Assembly (NCBI GenBank): GCA_963737655.1
Contig: CAVTTN010000002.1
Span: forward strand, 576,001 to 640,000
Length of the DNA stretch: 64,000 nucleotides
Origin: an uncultured Planctomycetota bacterium
Lineage (GTDB): Bacteria; Planctomycetota; Planctomycetia; Isosphaerales; Isosphaeraceae
Direction: 5' to 3'
Shown here: piece by piece, positions 37,856 to 49,078 of the stretch
Layout: every line of letters begins with the position of its first letter
How positions within the stretch are numbered: position 1 is the first letter of the stretch
Program-made: the position numbers and the translations under genes
The notes under the pieces: model-generated
Databases searched by the model: none
Told to the model about the DNA's origin: nothing
What the model saw: only the letters and a program-made list of their open reading frames with translations

Positions 37856-39484
37856 ATGGGATGGCTGCGTCGGATGTTCGGGGGAGGCGATGGCGAGATG
37901 CGTCAGGAACCCCCGTCGATGCCCTGGGACGCTCACCCCTCGATCCTGGAGCACGTCCGTTCTCACGTCCCCGCCGACGGGCCGGGGTTGACCGCCGGGG
38001 GTGAGACGCTACCAGACGAAGACCGGATCGCCCAGGGCTCCAAGATCCGGTGGGCTGCGGGTGCGTTCGACGGGGTGGCGACCCACCACATGGGGACGGG
38101 GGAAGACGAGGAATCCGTCCGCAAGTCGGTGCGACTCGTCGCCGATTACTCCCGGCAGCCGACGGCCATGAACAAGGCCGCTGTCTACAACCACGTCATC
38201 GCCGCACATGTCGTCTCGATCATCGATGCCGTCATCGAGGCGCTGGTGAACAGACCCGGCATCGACCACAGCAGGCTTTACGAACTCGCCCGCTCCTTCG
38301 TCACCGAGGCTCCAGACCGGGAACCGGTCAAGTTCGGGATCGCCATCCTGGGCCTGTTCCGCCAGCCCGAGGACCTGGAACTCTTCCAGACGCTCGGTCG
38401 CCACGACGAATTCACACTCTTCTGCGTCGTCGCCCTCGCCAACGCCCCCGAGGGCCACGATGAGGCCCTATGGACGCTGGCCCGCAACGTCACGGGCTGG
38501 GGACGCATCCATGCGGTGGAGCGTCTCGCCCAGGTCACGGACCCGGCGATCAAGCGGTGGTTGCTCCGGGAGGGCTATCGGAATTCGGTCATGTACGAGT
38601 ACCTCGCAGGGACCTGCGCCAGGGCCGGTGGACTGTCGATCGCCCTGACCGAGGGTCCGGTAGACAGAGAACTGCTGACCTCAGCCGGTGAGATCCTCCA
38701 GGCTTTGATCGCTGGCGGTCCCGCCGAGGGCATCGACGATTACGAGGATGCCCGCCCGGTGATCGAGTCGTACCTGGGCCACATGGCGGCGTCCGCCGAG
38801 ACGGTCGAGGATTTCCTGCACGTCAACTCGATCAGGGGCTTCCTCGGCGAGGGCGAGGCCCGCTGGGCGACTCGCTACGATACCGGGTGGTCCGCCGAGG
38901 TCCGGGACGGGCTCCTCTCGGCTTGCGAGGAAATACTAGGTCGTCCCGAGTGGACGGATCGGGTCCGGGCGGGGTTGTCGAGCGTTGACGAACTGGAGTT
39001 GGCCCACGCCGACCGGGCGGCGAAGGCTTTGGGCATCGACACCTGGGACATCCACTGGCGAAGATTGCAGCGGCGGTCCACCGATCCTGGTCGGTGGTAT
39101 CACGTAATGGCCCTTTGCGATGAGGCCCGCATCGGGGAGGTCGTCGAGTTTGCGGTGGGGAGCCTCGACCTGGCCGGGATTGCGACCGGGCCGGGAGACG
39201 AACTCGGGCTGGGGAGTGGGTTCGAGCCGCATCGGTGCTTGGATTACGTCCTCCAGGAACTCGGACGCTTCCCTGGGGAGGGTGCGACCCTGATCGAAGC
39301 CGGGCTGAGGAGCCCGGTCGTCAGGAACCGCAACATGGCCGTCGCCGCACTCGCCGGTTGGACACGAGGGGAATGGCCGGGCGGTCTCGAAGGGGCCCTG
39401 GAGCAGTCAGCCGGGTGCGAGCCAGACGAAGGCGTGCGGGAGCGGATGCGGCAGGTCTTGAGGGGGGAGGCGTTTTCCCCGTGA
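37856..39484 (+). CDS. Hypothetical alpha-helical (HEAT-like) protein
   Basis: Long ORF with good codon usage; DREPVKFGIAILG, GWGRIHAVERL, GLRSPVVRNRNMA. Confidence 0.8.
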   Translation: MGWLRRMFGGGDGEMRQEPPSMPWDAHPSILEHVRSHVPADGPGLTAGGETLPDEDRIAQGSKIRWAAGAFDGVATHHMGTGEDEESVRKSVRLVADYSRQPTAMNKAAVYNHVIAAHVVSIIDAVIEALVNRPGIDHSRLYELARSFVTEAPDREPVKFGIAILGLFRQPEDLELFQTLGRHDEFTLFCVVALANAPEGHDEALWTLARNVTGWGRIHAVERLAQVTDPAIKRWLLREGYRNSVMYEYLAGTCARAGGLSIALTEGPVDRELLTSAGEILQALIAGGPAEGIDDYEDARPVIESYLGHMAASAETVEDFLHVNSIRGFLGEGEARWATRYDTGWSAEVRDGLLSACEEILGRPEWTDRVRAGLSSVDELELAHADRAAKALGIDTWDIHWRRLQRRSTDPGRWYHVMALCDEARIGEVVEFAVGSLDLAGIATGPGDELGLGSGFEPHRCLDYVLQELGRFPGEGATLIEAGLRSPVVRNRNMAVAALAGWTRGEWPGGLEGALEQSAGCEPDEGVRERMRQVLRGEAFSP

Positions 39485-40044
39485 TGGGGGCTCTCCACCG
39501 CTCGTGGCTTGATCGGACCGCTATGCCCCGTTTATGTATTCCCTCAAGTTCCCATGCCGAGGAAGTTTGAGTATTGGAAAGGTGCTCCCAGGTAGGTCAA
39601 GAGATGGGCGTCGAACCCAGGGGCACCCGGAGCGAGGCATGGTGAACGCCCAACATCCCAAGGGACCGCCGAGTCTGACCCAGAATCCCTGCGTCCATCC
39701 AGAACAAGCGAGCAGGAGACCCTCGTGCCGAGAGACCACCATCGCCAAGGGCGGGACAAGGACCTCTTGCGGAGACTGGCGAAAGATCGAGTCGGTCAGC
39801 ATAAAGAGCCTGGTCGCCAGGACTCCGAAGCCCCTCTGGTCGTCGTTTGGCAGGTAGTTAACGACAACGGCAATCCGGTCCAGACTTTCTCCTTCGCCCA
39901 GAAGGACGACGCAGAACACCTCGTAAAGGCCCTGGCGGACCGGCCCGGTGGCCCTTTCACGCTTCGCCAGGCCAAGGTGTCTTCAGAAACCATCGACGAC
40001 CTTCCTCCAGCCGACAAGCTGCCTTCCTGGGGCTCCCGAAGGAG

Positions 40045-40266
40045 ATGTGGGAACGGGCGACCTATCGATCACTCCCCGATTCTCCCGGCCCGATCGTGGG
40101 TTCATCCTCGGGGGAGACAGAGACTCTCCTATTCAGCGTCCTGAGCGGGAACGAGAAGCCGGTTGTCCTCAAGGTCGAGATGAGCCTGGACCAGATGATC
40201 TTCCTGGCGAGCAAGATCATGAACCACGTCGCCAGGATGACCAAAGAGCCCATAATAAGGCGGTGA
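40045..40266 (+). CDS. Small hypothetical protein
   Basis: Short ORF with protein-like composition only. Confidence 0.3.
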   Translation: MWERATYRSLPDSPGPIVGSSSGETETLLFSVLSGNEKPVVLKVEMSLDQMIFLASKIMNHVARMTKEPIIRR

Positions 40267-40772
40267 AGATGATCGGCGGACCGTGCACGCAGAATGAGTT
40301 TGGAAGTCGGGCTGAGGGTCGGATGTTCTCGGGATGAAGTGCTGGCGAAGTTGAAGCGGGTGGTCAACCGGCGACATGGGCGGTCCATCTTGCGGAGTGC
40401 CGCCACGATGCCGATGCTGGGCGTCCAAAAAAGTCTCGTCGAACGAGTCCAACATCTCCGACGGTCGGGGCAAGATGCGCCTCGGCCCTCGCCAGCCGAT
40501 CGGGCTGCGAATTCAACACCGTTGAAGCCGGTCGTCACCTGCTACCATCCTTGCCCGATCAGGGGACCCCGGCCAGCGAAGGCACGAGCAGGAGGAGATG
40601 GAAATCCCTTGCGATTGCTTATGAGTGTCCTGGAAGAATTATTGACTGGACATCTGGTTTTCGGGAGAAAGCGTCTCGCCATCCGGCATCGGCTCGGGGC
40701 ATGGCATCCAGTTCTTGTCGGGCTGGGTGATGGTCGGACACTTCGAGCCGGTCGAGAGTCGTCCTCCCTGGG

Positions 40773-40790
40773 TTTTGTGAATTCACAAAA
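40773..40790. promoter_or_regulatory. Perfect 18-bp palindrome TTTTGTGAATTCACAAAA near attR
   Basis: Directly visible; function inferred. Confidence 0.5.
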
Positions 40791-40931
40791 AATCCCCTTC
40801 TTCGCCCCACACGCCCTGCGAAACACCGGCAAAGTCCGCAAACTATGGGACGCCCTAAGTTTCGCCGACACAGGGACTTGAAGACGCAAACTTGACAACG
40901 GGAGGGGTTTCTGGAAAGATGAGGGCTCGAA

Positions 40932-40973
<42 letters not shown>

Positions 40974-41055
40974 TTTCCGCCAGCCCCGGACTCGATCCGC
41001 CCCGATCCGTCCCCAGCGAGGGGCAAAGCCTCCTCTCCCGGCATCCTCGCTCGTC

Positions 41056-42061
41056 TCAGCCCTTCCCGGAGACGGGCTGACGGAACCCTCGTTCGGTGGT
41101 GTCTTTCGGGTCGGTGGAGACGGGCCCGTCCCTCCAGAGCCAGCGCATCATCTCGGGCATGATCGCCCCGCCGAACTTCTGCCCGTGATTGTTCATCCCC
41201 CACGAATAATTCACGTCGTAGCCCTTCTGCGACAGGGCCTTCATCAGGCGGACGTTCTGGAAGAACCAGTCGCGGGTCTCGTCGTACTCGCCGCCCCGGC
41301 GGAGGCCGCGGTTGTCGTTCCGGCCGTCGCACAGGAAGACGCGAATGGGCTTCTTCTCGGTCGCGAGCACCTTCTCCGGGTAGACGTGCCCGCCTCGGAG
41401 GTTCACGAAGCTGCCCACGTTGCTCAGGACCTTGCGGAAATGATCGGGCGCTCCCACGCGACGGTGAACGCGGCGATCGCGCCCGAGCTTGAGCCGCCGA
41501 TCCCGTGCATCTCGGGGTCCTTCGAGATGTTGTAATCCTTCGCGAGCGCCGGCATGAGCTCCTCGGTGATCACCCGGGCGTACTTGTCGTCGAGCGAGTT
41601 GTACTCGGTGGGCCGGTTGGTGTCGCGATCTCCCCAGTTCCGGGGGGTGGGCTCGGGCTGCTCGGGCCGGCGTCCGGGATTGATGAACACTCCGATCATG
41701 ACCGGGATTTCTCGGCGGTAGATCAGGTTGTCCATCACGTTCTGGGCGCGGATGTCCCCCTTCTCGTCCTTGAACGCCTGGCCGTCCTGATAGACCATCA
41801 GCGCCGCCGGGACGGCCGGGTCATACTGCGCGGGGACGTAGACCCAGTAGGTGTGCTGAGTGCCGGGATAGACCTCGCTCGGCAGGGTGAACGGGCCTCG
41901 GATTTCTCCCTTCGGGACGCCCTCTTGAGGGAGCGAATCGGGCCCCAGGCGATACTGCGAATCGGGGTTCGCGGCCTTCGGGGGAGTCTCCTGGCGCTCG
42001 CCCGAGAGGCGGCCAGGCCCGCCAGTCCGAGACCAACCGCAAGGACCATCGCGTTTCTCAT
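41056..42061 (-). CDS. Secreted esterase (enterochelin esterase-like alpha/beta hydrolase); frameshifts near 41995 and 41445
   Basis: Signal peptide; [30 protein letters not shown]; both breaks lack one C in a C run. Confidence 0.85.
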
Positions 42062-42188
42062 CCGAATCCTCCCCGGGCAAGAACGATCCCCGACCCGCCG
42101 ACCAACCCGGCTGGCGACGCGAATCCCGGACAGGCTGGGGAGCCGCAGTTCGAGGACGAGGCGCCCGTCCCCATCCTGTCCGGGATTC

Positions 42189-43058
42189 TTACTTCTTCAA
42201 CGCCTGATCGACAAACGTGAACAGCGCCTTCGTCCCGGGGTCGTCGGGCACGCCCAGTTGCTCGTTGATCTTGTTGTGGGTCGATTCCCGGGCGGAATAG
42301 ACCGAGACCGGCACGCCCGCCTTCTTCAGCTCGCTGGCCAGCCGTTGGGCCTGGGCGCTGGTGTCGGGATGGTCGCCCACGTGCATGATCAGGAACGGAG
42401 GGATGCCCTTGTCCTTGGCCACGTGGGTCACGGCGGAGAAGTCGCGATGTTTCTCGGGGGTATCGCCGAACTTCTCGCGGTGGCCGAACTTCGCCTGGGG
42501 CTGGCCGTGAACTCGCCGCCGGGTCTCGGCCGTCTCGATGATCGCCGGGACGTCGTAGGTGTCGCCGTCCACCGGCACGCAGCCCTTGAGGATCGCCAGG
42601 GAGAGCCCTTCGGCCTTCAGGTAGCGATCGTCGACGCAAATCAGGGCGGCGAGCTGCGCCCCGGCCGAATGGCCCATCACGAGGATGCGGTCCGGGTCTC
42701 CTCCGAACTCGGCGATGTGGTCGTGGACCCATCGGAGCGAGCGGGCCACGTCCCGGACGATCGTCCCCATGTCCACGTCCGGCAGGAGCCGGTAATCGGT
42801 CGAGACGAACACGAATCCCCGGTCCGTGAACGCCCGGGGCTTGGCCTGGACCTCCGCCTTGTCCCCGGTCTGCCAGCCCCCTCCGTGAATCCAGAAGACG
42901 ACCGGCAAGTTCCTGGCATTCGGAGGCGAGTAAACGTCCAGTCGTTGCCGATCGTGGGCCGGGGAGGCATACGGGATGTCTTTCCGGACGGCCTGCGCGG
43001 TCGCCCCGGCGCCCGTCGCGAGCAAGAGCAGTGGCAGAAGCGGCGTGGCCCGTTTCAC
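42189..43058 (-). CDS. Alpha/beta hydrolase (HSL/BD-FAE-like)
   Basis: LDVYSP, IHGGGW, GHSAGA. Confidence 0.9.
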   Translation of the reverse strand: MKRATPLLPLLLLATGAGATAQAVRKDIPYASPAHDRQRLDVYSPPNARNLPVVFWIHGGGWQTGDKAEVQAKPRAFTDRGFVFVSTDYRLLPDVDMGTIVRDVARSLRWVHDHIAEFGGDPDRILVMGHSAGAQLAALICVDDRYLKAEGLSLAILKGCVPVDGDTYDVPAIIETAETRRRVHGQPQAKFGHREKFGDTPEKHRDFSAVTHVAKDKGIPPFLIMHVGDHPDTSAQAQRLASELKKAGVPVSVYSARESTHNKINEQLGVPDDPGTKALFTFVDQALKK

Positions 43059-43083
43059 GGTCGTTGGCCTCCCCGGCTCGTGG

Positions 43084-43680
43084 TCATTTCTCGGTCTTGA
43101 CCCGGATGTTCCGATACTCGACCACGTGGAGCTCCGATTGCAGGGCCAGGGGGCCGCGATCGGGGATCGCCAGGGCCGCTTCCAGGAGCTCGCCGTTGCA
43201 GGTGCAGCGGGCTTTGGAGCCGGTCACGACCACCTCGATCGCGTTCCAGTCCTCGGGCTTGTAGTCCTTCAGCGTCTTGTACGGACCGACCCGGGGATAG
43301 TCGCGGATCTGGAGCTGGTGGGCGAGCGCCTTGTCGCGGAGGTGGATCCCGCTGTTGGCGTCCTTCGAGGCCCGGAATTCGAGGCGGAGCGTGAAATCGC
43401 CGTCGAACGACTCCGGGGTGTCGATCTCCGTCATCTTCGGCGGAGAGTCCTTCGACCCGGTGATGACGAGGACGCCATCCTTCACCGCGAACCGGCCGTC
43501 GTCGGTGGCCGTCTTGCCGGCGAGGTCGGCCTTGCCCAGCCTCCAGCCGGTCAGGTCCTTCCCGTTGAACAGGGAACGAAATCCCGGCTCCTCGGCGCGA
43601 GACGCGGCGAGGAGGACCGTCGAGGCGAGGACCGCGAAGACGGCGGTTCTCGGCGTCGAAAGGTGAGGGGACGGACGCAT
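43084..43680 (-). CDS. DUF1080 (3-keto-disaccharide hydrolase) domain protein
   Basis: [34 protein letters not shown]. Confidence 0.9.
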   Translation of the reverse strand: MRPSPHLSTPRTAVFAVLASTVLLAASRAEEPGFRSLFNGKDLTGWRLGKADLAGKTATDDGRFAVKDGVLVITGSKDSPPKMTEIDTPESFDGDFTLRLEFRASKDANSGIHLRDKALAHQLQIRDYPRVGPYKTLKDYKPEDWNAIEVVVTGSKARCTCNGELLEAALAIPDRGPLALQSELHVVEYRNIRVKTEK

Positions 43681-43818
43681 GAGGGAGTTCCTCGCAGGGG
43701 GATCGGCCCGCCGGACGGCTCGTTTATAGGCGAGCGGACCCGGCGGAGCAATCCCGAGGCGAGGAACGGAGGGCGACCGTCGGGCAGTCTCCCGGGGAGT
43801 TGAGGTCTCGGGAAGCGG

Positions 43819-44067
43819 TCAGGCGGTCGGGGCGGGCCCCGGAACATCCAGGATGACGGCCGAAGCCGAAGGCTCGACGGCCTGCGAATCCTCGGCCTCG
43901 CCTGGCGCGGTGCCCGGGGGCTTCGCCTTGCCCTTGGGCGGCTCGGACTGCCGGACGGCGCACTGGGGGTGGACCCCGGCCCGGGAATAGACCTCCTCGT
44001 GGCAGACCGGGCAGCGGACCCGGTTGGAGACGGGCTGGCGAGGAGTGTGATAGGACCTGGGATTCAT
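43819..44067 (-). CDS. Small Zn-finger-like protein
   Basis: RCPVC..EVYSRAGVHPQC. Confidence 0.7.
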   Translation of the reverse strand: MNPRSYHTPRQPVSNRVRCPVCHEEVYSRAGVHPQCAVRQSEPPKGKAKPPGTAPGEAEDSQAVEPSASAVILDVPGPAPTA

Positions 44068-44108
44068 CACGGCCGCCCTCGGGGTGAGAGAACTCGGGAG
44101 GAGACCGG

Positions 44109-44447
44109 TCAGGCCCCTCCGGGAGAGCGACGGGACCGGGCGGGTCGGGCGGTTGCGGCGACCGACGAGTCGACGCGACCCAGAGGTTCCCACACCAGAC
44201 GGACCAGGGCCTCCCCGGTCACCGGGTCGGTCGCGCCCAGGTCGGTCACGGCGGTCAGGGAGACGAGGACGGAGTCGCCCCCCTTGACGAACGACGGCGG
44301 GCCTCCGGCCCGGGAGCTAGTCTGGGCGAAGAGGATCGCCTCGCCCGCGGCCAGCGACTGGCCGGCGGGCAAGGGGACGATGGCCTCGCAGCTCCGGCCC
44401 CTCTCGATGTCGGAGAGCTGGCGCTCGTTGGCCGGATACGTGTTCAT
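44109..44447 (-). CDS. Hypothetical protein
   Basis: ATG 44447, globular composition (MNTYPANERQL...). Confidence 0.6.
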   Translation of the reverse strand: MNTYPANERQLSDIERGRSCEAIVPLPAGQSLAAGEAILFAQTSSRAGGPPSFVKGGDSVLVSLTAVTDLGATDPVTGEALVRLVWEPLGRVDSSVAATARPARSRRSPGGA

Positions 44448-44535
44448 CGAAGAGGCCGCCTCGGATTGGGGTTCGATCGGGGGACGGCCTCTCGCCGATC
44501 CGTGGCCGGGGGGCCGGGTCGGACGGGAATTCGGA

Positions 44536-44927
44536 TCAATACCGGCCGCCGCCGCCGCCGTAGCCGCCACCGCCGCCGCTCCGGCCGCCGCCGCCGCCGC
44601 CGTAGCCGCCACCGCCGCCGCTCCGGCCGCCGCCGCCGCCGCCGCCGTAGCCGCCGCCGCCGCCACCGCCGCCGCGAGACTCACGGGGCTTGGCCTCGTT
44701 CACCGTCAGGTTCCGGCCGTCGTGGTCCCGGCCGTTGAGGCCGTCGATGGCCGCCTGGGCCTGGGCCTCGGTGTCCATCTCCACGAACCCGAATCCCTTC
44801 GAGCGGTTCGTGTCCCGGTCCACGATGATCTGGGCATCTGCACTGCTCCGAAGGGGGCGAACAACGCCTCCAGGTCGGACTCGTTCATGTTGTAGGTGAG
44901 GTTGCCGACGTACAGCTTCTTGGCCAC
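44536..44927 (-). CDS. Glycine-rich RRM RNA-binding protein; 1-bp frameshift near 44837
   Basis: KKLYVGNL (RNP2), RSKGFGFVEM (RNP1), LTVNEAKPRE, Gly-rich tail. Confidence 0.9.
44542..44674. repeat. GCC-rich tandem repeat encoding (G)nY/(G)nRS units
   Basis: Directly visible within the RRM gene tail. Confidence 0.85.
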
Positions 44928-45286
44928 GGAATGCTCCGAACGAAAGGCAGGACGACCCGCGAAGGCGCTTTCTGGGTCGAGGAGAAAGGGGCCTCGTGCG
45001 AGGCCCGAGCGGAAGGAAGGGCGAGAGAGGGGAGCAGGGGACCGGACCGTGAGGAGCCAGCGTTGCCGCTCGGTCGTCGAACCAACCAATCAGAGCATGA
45101 CAAAAACACGGGAAAATTGATAGCCCAATTCCGCTCCGGATTCTCGGAATGGCCCCGCGACGGCCCGACGGCGATGGACAGGCGGGGCGTCCGGGCGTAG
45201 CCTGGGAGGTCCGGGCGGCCCGTCTCGGTCCCCGATCGCCGGGGACAACGCCGATCGCCGGCCCTCTGCGGATCGGCGGCGCCCCG

Positions 45287-45586
45287 ATGCTCGAACCGTC
45301 TGCTCCGGGCCCTCGGCCCGCCCCCAGGGTCCGGGAATCGGCCGAGTTCCGCCGGACCCATTATCGCGTGTACGACGAGGACGGATTCGCCACGTCCTTC
45401 GCGATCACCCCGCCCCAGAACGCCACGCTCGACGCCGTGGCCGAGTATCTCGCCGAGCGGTTCGACGGCCTCGACGGCACCGGGTTCGAGTCGAAAGACC
45501 TCGTCGTCCTGCTCGGCCCGAGGATCGTCGCCGTCGTCCGCAAGGGCCTCGACGGCCGCCCCGAGATCACGAGATTCGCGGAGTGA
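45287..45586 (+). CDS. Hypothetical protein
   Basis: THYRVYDEDG...DLVVLLGPRIVAVVR, globular-looking. Confidence 0.6.
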   Translation: MLEPSAPGPRPAPRVRESAEFRRTHYRVYDEDGFATSFAITPPQNATLDAVAEYLAERFDGLDGTGFESKDLVVLLGPRIVAVVRKGLDGRPEITRFAE

Positions 45587-45629
45587 GGATCGCCGAGGCC
45601 GTCTACGCTTCACGTAGGATTCCTCGGGG

Positions 45630-45980
45630 TCATCGGTAGTCGTCCCGGATCGGGTGGAAGACGTCCAGGGCCACGGCCGGGCCGTCGAGGGTCACGACCT
45701 TGTGGAGGACCCCTCCGGGGATCCTCCAGATGTCTCCCGGGTTCACGATCCTCGTGACCCCTCCGACGGTGAATTCCAGCCGTCCCGAGATCAACAGGCC
45801 CATCTGCTCGTGGGGATGGGCGTGCTCCAGGACGACCGAGCCCGGCTCCAGGTGGACGACCGAGAACATCATGCCCTGGCCCGACGTGGTGAGGATCTCC
45901 ACCCCGGGGAAGATCGCGTGGCGAGACCCGGAGCCGGACGGGATGAAATAGGAGGAGGCGTCGAGGTCCCGGTCGGGCAC
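45630..45980 (-). CDS. Cupin domain protein
   Basis: HAHPHEQ...PGD...IPGGVLH...DVFHPIRDDY. Confidence 0.9.
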   Translation of the reverse strand: MPDRDLDASSYFIPSGSGSRHAIFPGVEILTTSGQGMMFSVVHLEPGSVVLEHAHPHEQMGLLISGRLEFTVGGVTRIVNPGDIWRIPGGVLHKVVTLDGPAVALDVFHPIRDDYR

Positions 45981-45981
45981 G

Positions 45982-47676
45982 TCAACGCCTCCTCGATCCG
46001 GATCGGGCGACGATGAAGCCGCCCCACTCGTTGAGGAACGCCTCGCGGGTGACGGCGTCGCCGAAGCAACCGCGGATCACGTCGTCGAGCTTCTCGCCGC
46101 CTTCGAGCATCCCCCGGACGAAGAAGGGGAATTGCGGCCTCATGGCGGTCGCCATCCAGTCGCAAAGGCTGAAGCCCAGGGCGCGGATGGTCTCCGGGGC
46201 GGCGTCTCCGCCGAGGCCCTCGTTCGCCTTGGCGACCCAGCCCAGGCGGTATTGCTCGGCGGCGGTCTCCCCGAGCTTGCGATAGTACGTGCTCCCCCGA
46301 GGATCGGCGCCCGAGGCCAGGTAGGCCCCGAGCCCGTAGACCAGCCAGCGAGGAGGCTTGCCGCCCGCCGTGAGCGCCGAGCCGGCGAGCTGCTCGGTCA
46401 GGAGGCCGGCGAGGGTGCGGTCGGGGCCGTCGGGGGCCTCCTCGGCGGCGGCCTTCTTCGATCGGCTCGACTTTTTCGGGGTCGCCTTGCTGGTCGCCGC
46501 GCCGGCCGGCTCGGCCGCTCCGTTGAGCGGGTCGGCCGCCGCGAGATACGGCTGTTCGACGTCGAGGCGGCCGTGGGCCTCGATCCCCTGCTCGACCTCG
46601 CGGTTCTCGTTGCTGCGGACGAATTCGACGTAGCTGGGCACGTCGTTGAATACGAACAGGCTGATCTTTTCCAGCCCCGAGAGGGAGCCCGACGCCTGGG
46701 GGCCGAGGATCGTCATCAAGGTCCCCCTCTGCTCGTCCAGGCTCTTCAGGAGCTTCTGGGCGCGGTCGGGCGGGAGGTTGCTGAAGAGGAGGAAGTTCTT
46801 GCCGGGGGTGACCGTCGGCTCGGTCTTGGACGAGGCCTTCTTCCATCGTTCGAGGGAGGCGGCCTCGACCTTCTTGTCACGCTCCTCCACGGAGAGCTTG
46901 GCGAGTTCGGACTTGCGGCGGGCCTCGACCGTCGGGGCGATCGATTCCAGGGTCGCCGTCGGCTCCTTGCCGGCGTCGAGCCGGGCGCCGGCCTTGATCC
47001 AGTCCTCGAGCTTGGCGATCGTCTCGGGCGCGAGGTTCGTCTGGCCCGGGGGCATCTTCTGGCCGTCGGCCTCGCCCCGGACCCGGAGGATCAACTGGCT
47101 CTGCTCGGGGTTCCCCGGGACGATCACCTTGCCCTTCTCCGAGCCGTTCATGAGCTTCTGGAAGGTGGTCAGGTCGAACCGTCCCCGGCGCTGCTGGGGG
47201 TTGTGGCAGCGGATGCAATTGCCGACGAGGATCGGGGCGATGTCCCGAGAGAACTTGATCGCCAGGTCATCCTCGGCGGCCGGGGCGTCGGCCCCTTTCT
47301 TGGCCGGGGGGCCGGCCTTGGCCGTGCCTTTCTTGGCCTTCCCCTTGCCCTTGGCGGGCATGGCGCCGTCCTCGGGCTTCTCCTCGGCGTCCATCGCCCC
47401 TCCGACGGGCGACGCGGCCGGGGGCTTGCAGATCGGGCAGGGCTTGAACTTCTGAGCGACGGCGTCGTCGGCCGAGGCGAACTCGACCTTGGTCCGGGCC
47501 GTCAGCTTCTTGGCCGAGGCGCAGGAGGCCCGGTGGTAGACTTTCGCCGACTTGTTGCCGACGATCGCCTCGTCGTCTCCGGCCGGGTCCTGGGCGAACA
47601 GCAGCGCCCCGCCCAGGCTCAGGGCCAGACCGGCCACGAACCCAACCCACCTCGGACCCCGCCGCGCCTCGATCAT
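45982..47676 (-). CDS. Secreted protein: Ada metal-binding-like domain + planctomycete cytochrome c (PSCyt1)
   Basis: Signal peptide; GNKSAKVYHRASC...PCPICKP; FSRDIAPIL..NCIRCH...MPP...WIKAGA. Confidence 0.82.
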   Translation of the reverse strand: MIEARRGPRWVGFVAGLALSLGGALLFAQDPAGDDEAIVGNKSAKVYHRASCASAKKLTARTKVEFASADDAVAQKFKPCPICKPPAASPVGGAMDAEEKPEDGAMPAKGKGKAKKGTAKAGPPAKKGADAPAAEDDLAIKFSRDIAPILVGNCIRCHNPQQRRGRFDLTTFQKLMNGSEKGKVIVPGNPEQSQLILRVRGEADGQKMPPGQTNLAPETIAKLEDWIKAGARLDAGKEPTATLESIAPTVEARRKSELAKLSVEERDKKVEAASLERWKKASSKTEPTVTPGKNFLLFSNLPPDRAQKLLKSLDEQRGTLMTILGPQASGSLSGLEKISLFVFNDVPSYVEFVRSNENREVEQGIEAHGRLDVEQPYLAAADPLNGAAEPAGAATSKATPKKSSRSKKAAAEEAPDGPDRTLAGLLTEQLAGSALTAGGKPPRWLVYGLGAYLASGADPRGSTYYRKLGETAAEQYRLGWVAKANEGLGGDAAPETIRALGFSLCDWMATAMRPQFPFFVRGMLEGGEKLDDVIRGCFGDAVTREAFLNEWGGFIVARSGSRRR

Positions 47677-47838
47677 GGCCTCGTCCCCCGGGTTCCTGCA
47701 CGATTGGATGCCGTCATTGTCACCGGGACGGCCCCATTTCGCAAGGGCGTAGGGTGGAGGAAATCCCCCCGGGGCCTCGGGCGAGCGCAACCCGCCTCGT
47801 TCCGGGTCCGGATCGCGACCGAAGGGACGAGCCCGCCC

Positions 47839-48939
47839 CTAGGGGCGAACCACCAGGGGCGCCTCGCCGACCGCCTCCCGGCCCGAGACGAGGTCCTTCT
47901 GGACGAGTCTCAACCGATACGAGCCGGGGGGAAGCTCGGGCGGGACGGTCAGGCGGTAATTCACGAAGAAGTCGCGGCGGCGACGGCGGCATTCGTCCTC
48001 GGCGATGCCCAGGTCTCGCGACCAGGCCGGCTCGCCGCCGGCCTGCGGGACGATCGCCACCGTCGTGGCCATTCGAGACCGGACCAGCTCGCCCGACGGC
48101 TCGACGGCCAGGCCCTCCACCTCGCAATAGAGGATCGCCTCAACGCCGGGGCGGATGGCTTCGACGGGGAGCGGCACCACGTTGCCGAAATTGACCACCT
48201 TGCGACAGAGCCGCAGGTCGGCCACGGCGAATTCCGGCTCGATCGGGGCCGGCGGGGCCTCGGGTTCCGACTTCGGCGGCTCGGAGGAGCCCTCGGCCAG
48301 GGCCGACAGGACCGTTTTCCACAACGACGAGTCGCCGGTCTCCGCCAAACAAAGCAGCAACCGCTCGCGGGCCGCCCAGAGCTCGGCGTCGGGCCCGCCC
48401 TCTCGGGATTTGTCTCGGGCGGTGGCGATCAGGCGGGCGATGTCCGCCCTCCAGGCCGCCGACGGGTCGGGGGGCGGCTCGGCGACGGCCGGAACGTCCG
48501 AATCGCGTAAAGATCCGTCTTTCCGCCCGGCATCCGTCTCTTCCGTTTCTTTACGCGGAGTTTCCGCTTCCGCCGGAGGGGCCTCGGGAGGCGAGGGCGG
48601 GGGGATCGGCGATTCGCCGAGGATGGCACGCTGGACCTCGGCGTCCCGCGCGGCGGCGGCGTCGAGGATGGGCGTCGGGGGCAGGGGCGGGGGCGCCGTC
48701 GCCTTCGGCGGGCGCATCGCCTCCTCGTCGCTGATCGGCCGGAGGGGGGGCAGGGGAGGGAGCGGGACGGACTCGGCGGAGTCCGCCGCCATCGCGACCG
48801 ACGGAGCGGCCGGGCCAGCCGGCGAGGCGCCATCGAGGCTCGCCCGACGGGCCGGCAGCCACCGGCACCCGGCCATCGAGGCCACCATCGCCAGGGCCAA
48901 GCCCAGCGCGGACCGTTGGATCCGGCGCCCTTTCGCCAT
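47839..48939 (-). CDS. Hypothetical lipoprotein with Pro-rich linker
   Basis: Lipobox-like MAGC after hydrophobic stretch; C-terminal LCRKV.NFG...YCEV domain. Confidence 0.7.
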   Translation of the reverse strand: MAKGRRIQRSALGLALAMVASMAGCRWLPARRASLDGASPAGPAAPSVAMAADSAESVPLPPLPPLRPISDEEAMRPPKATAPPPLPPTPILDAAAARDAEVQRAILGESPIPPPSPPEAPPAEAETPRKETEETDAGRKDGSLRDSDVPAVAEPPPDPSAAWRADIARLIATARDKSREGGPDAELWAARERLLLCLAETGDSSLWKTVLSALAEGSSEPPKSEPEAPPAPIEPEFAVADLRLCRKVVNFGNVVPLPVEAIRPGVEAILYCEVEGLAVEPSGELVRSRMATTVAIVPQAGGEPAWSRDLGIAEDECRRRRRDFFVNYRLTVPPELPPGSYRLRLVQKDLVSGREAVGEAPLVVRP

Positions 48940-49078
48940 CGAACCCCCTCGGAAGTGCCTCGCCTCGACACCCGCGTGACCCTCGTCCCGGTCGGCGGGG
49001 TCCTCTCGAAGTGCGTCGCGACGGAATACCCCAATCGGCCGATCGCGGCAATGGGACTTGTCCCGCGCGCGGCCCGGA

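Noticed and set aside
39725..40144. ORF with VVWQVVNDNG..VQTFSF segment resembling a small planctomycete protein
   Set aside because: Start is unclear, flanks are low-complexity and it overlaps another ORF; too weak to call without a search.
44542..44674. GCC-rich repeat as a CRISPR or non-coding array
   Set aside because: Encodes the Gly-rich tail of the RRM protein; no unique spacers. No CRISPR array was seen anywhere in the window.
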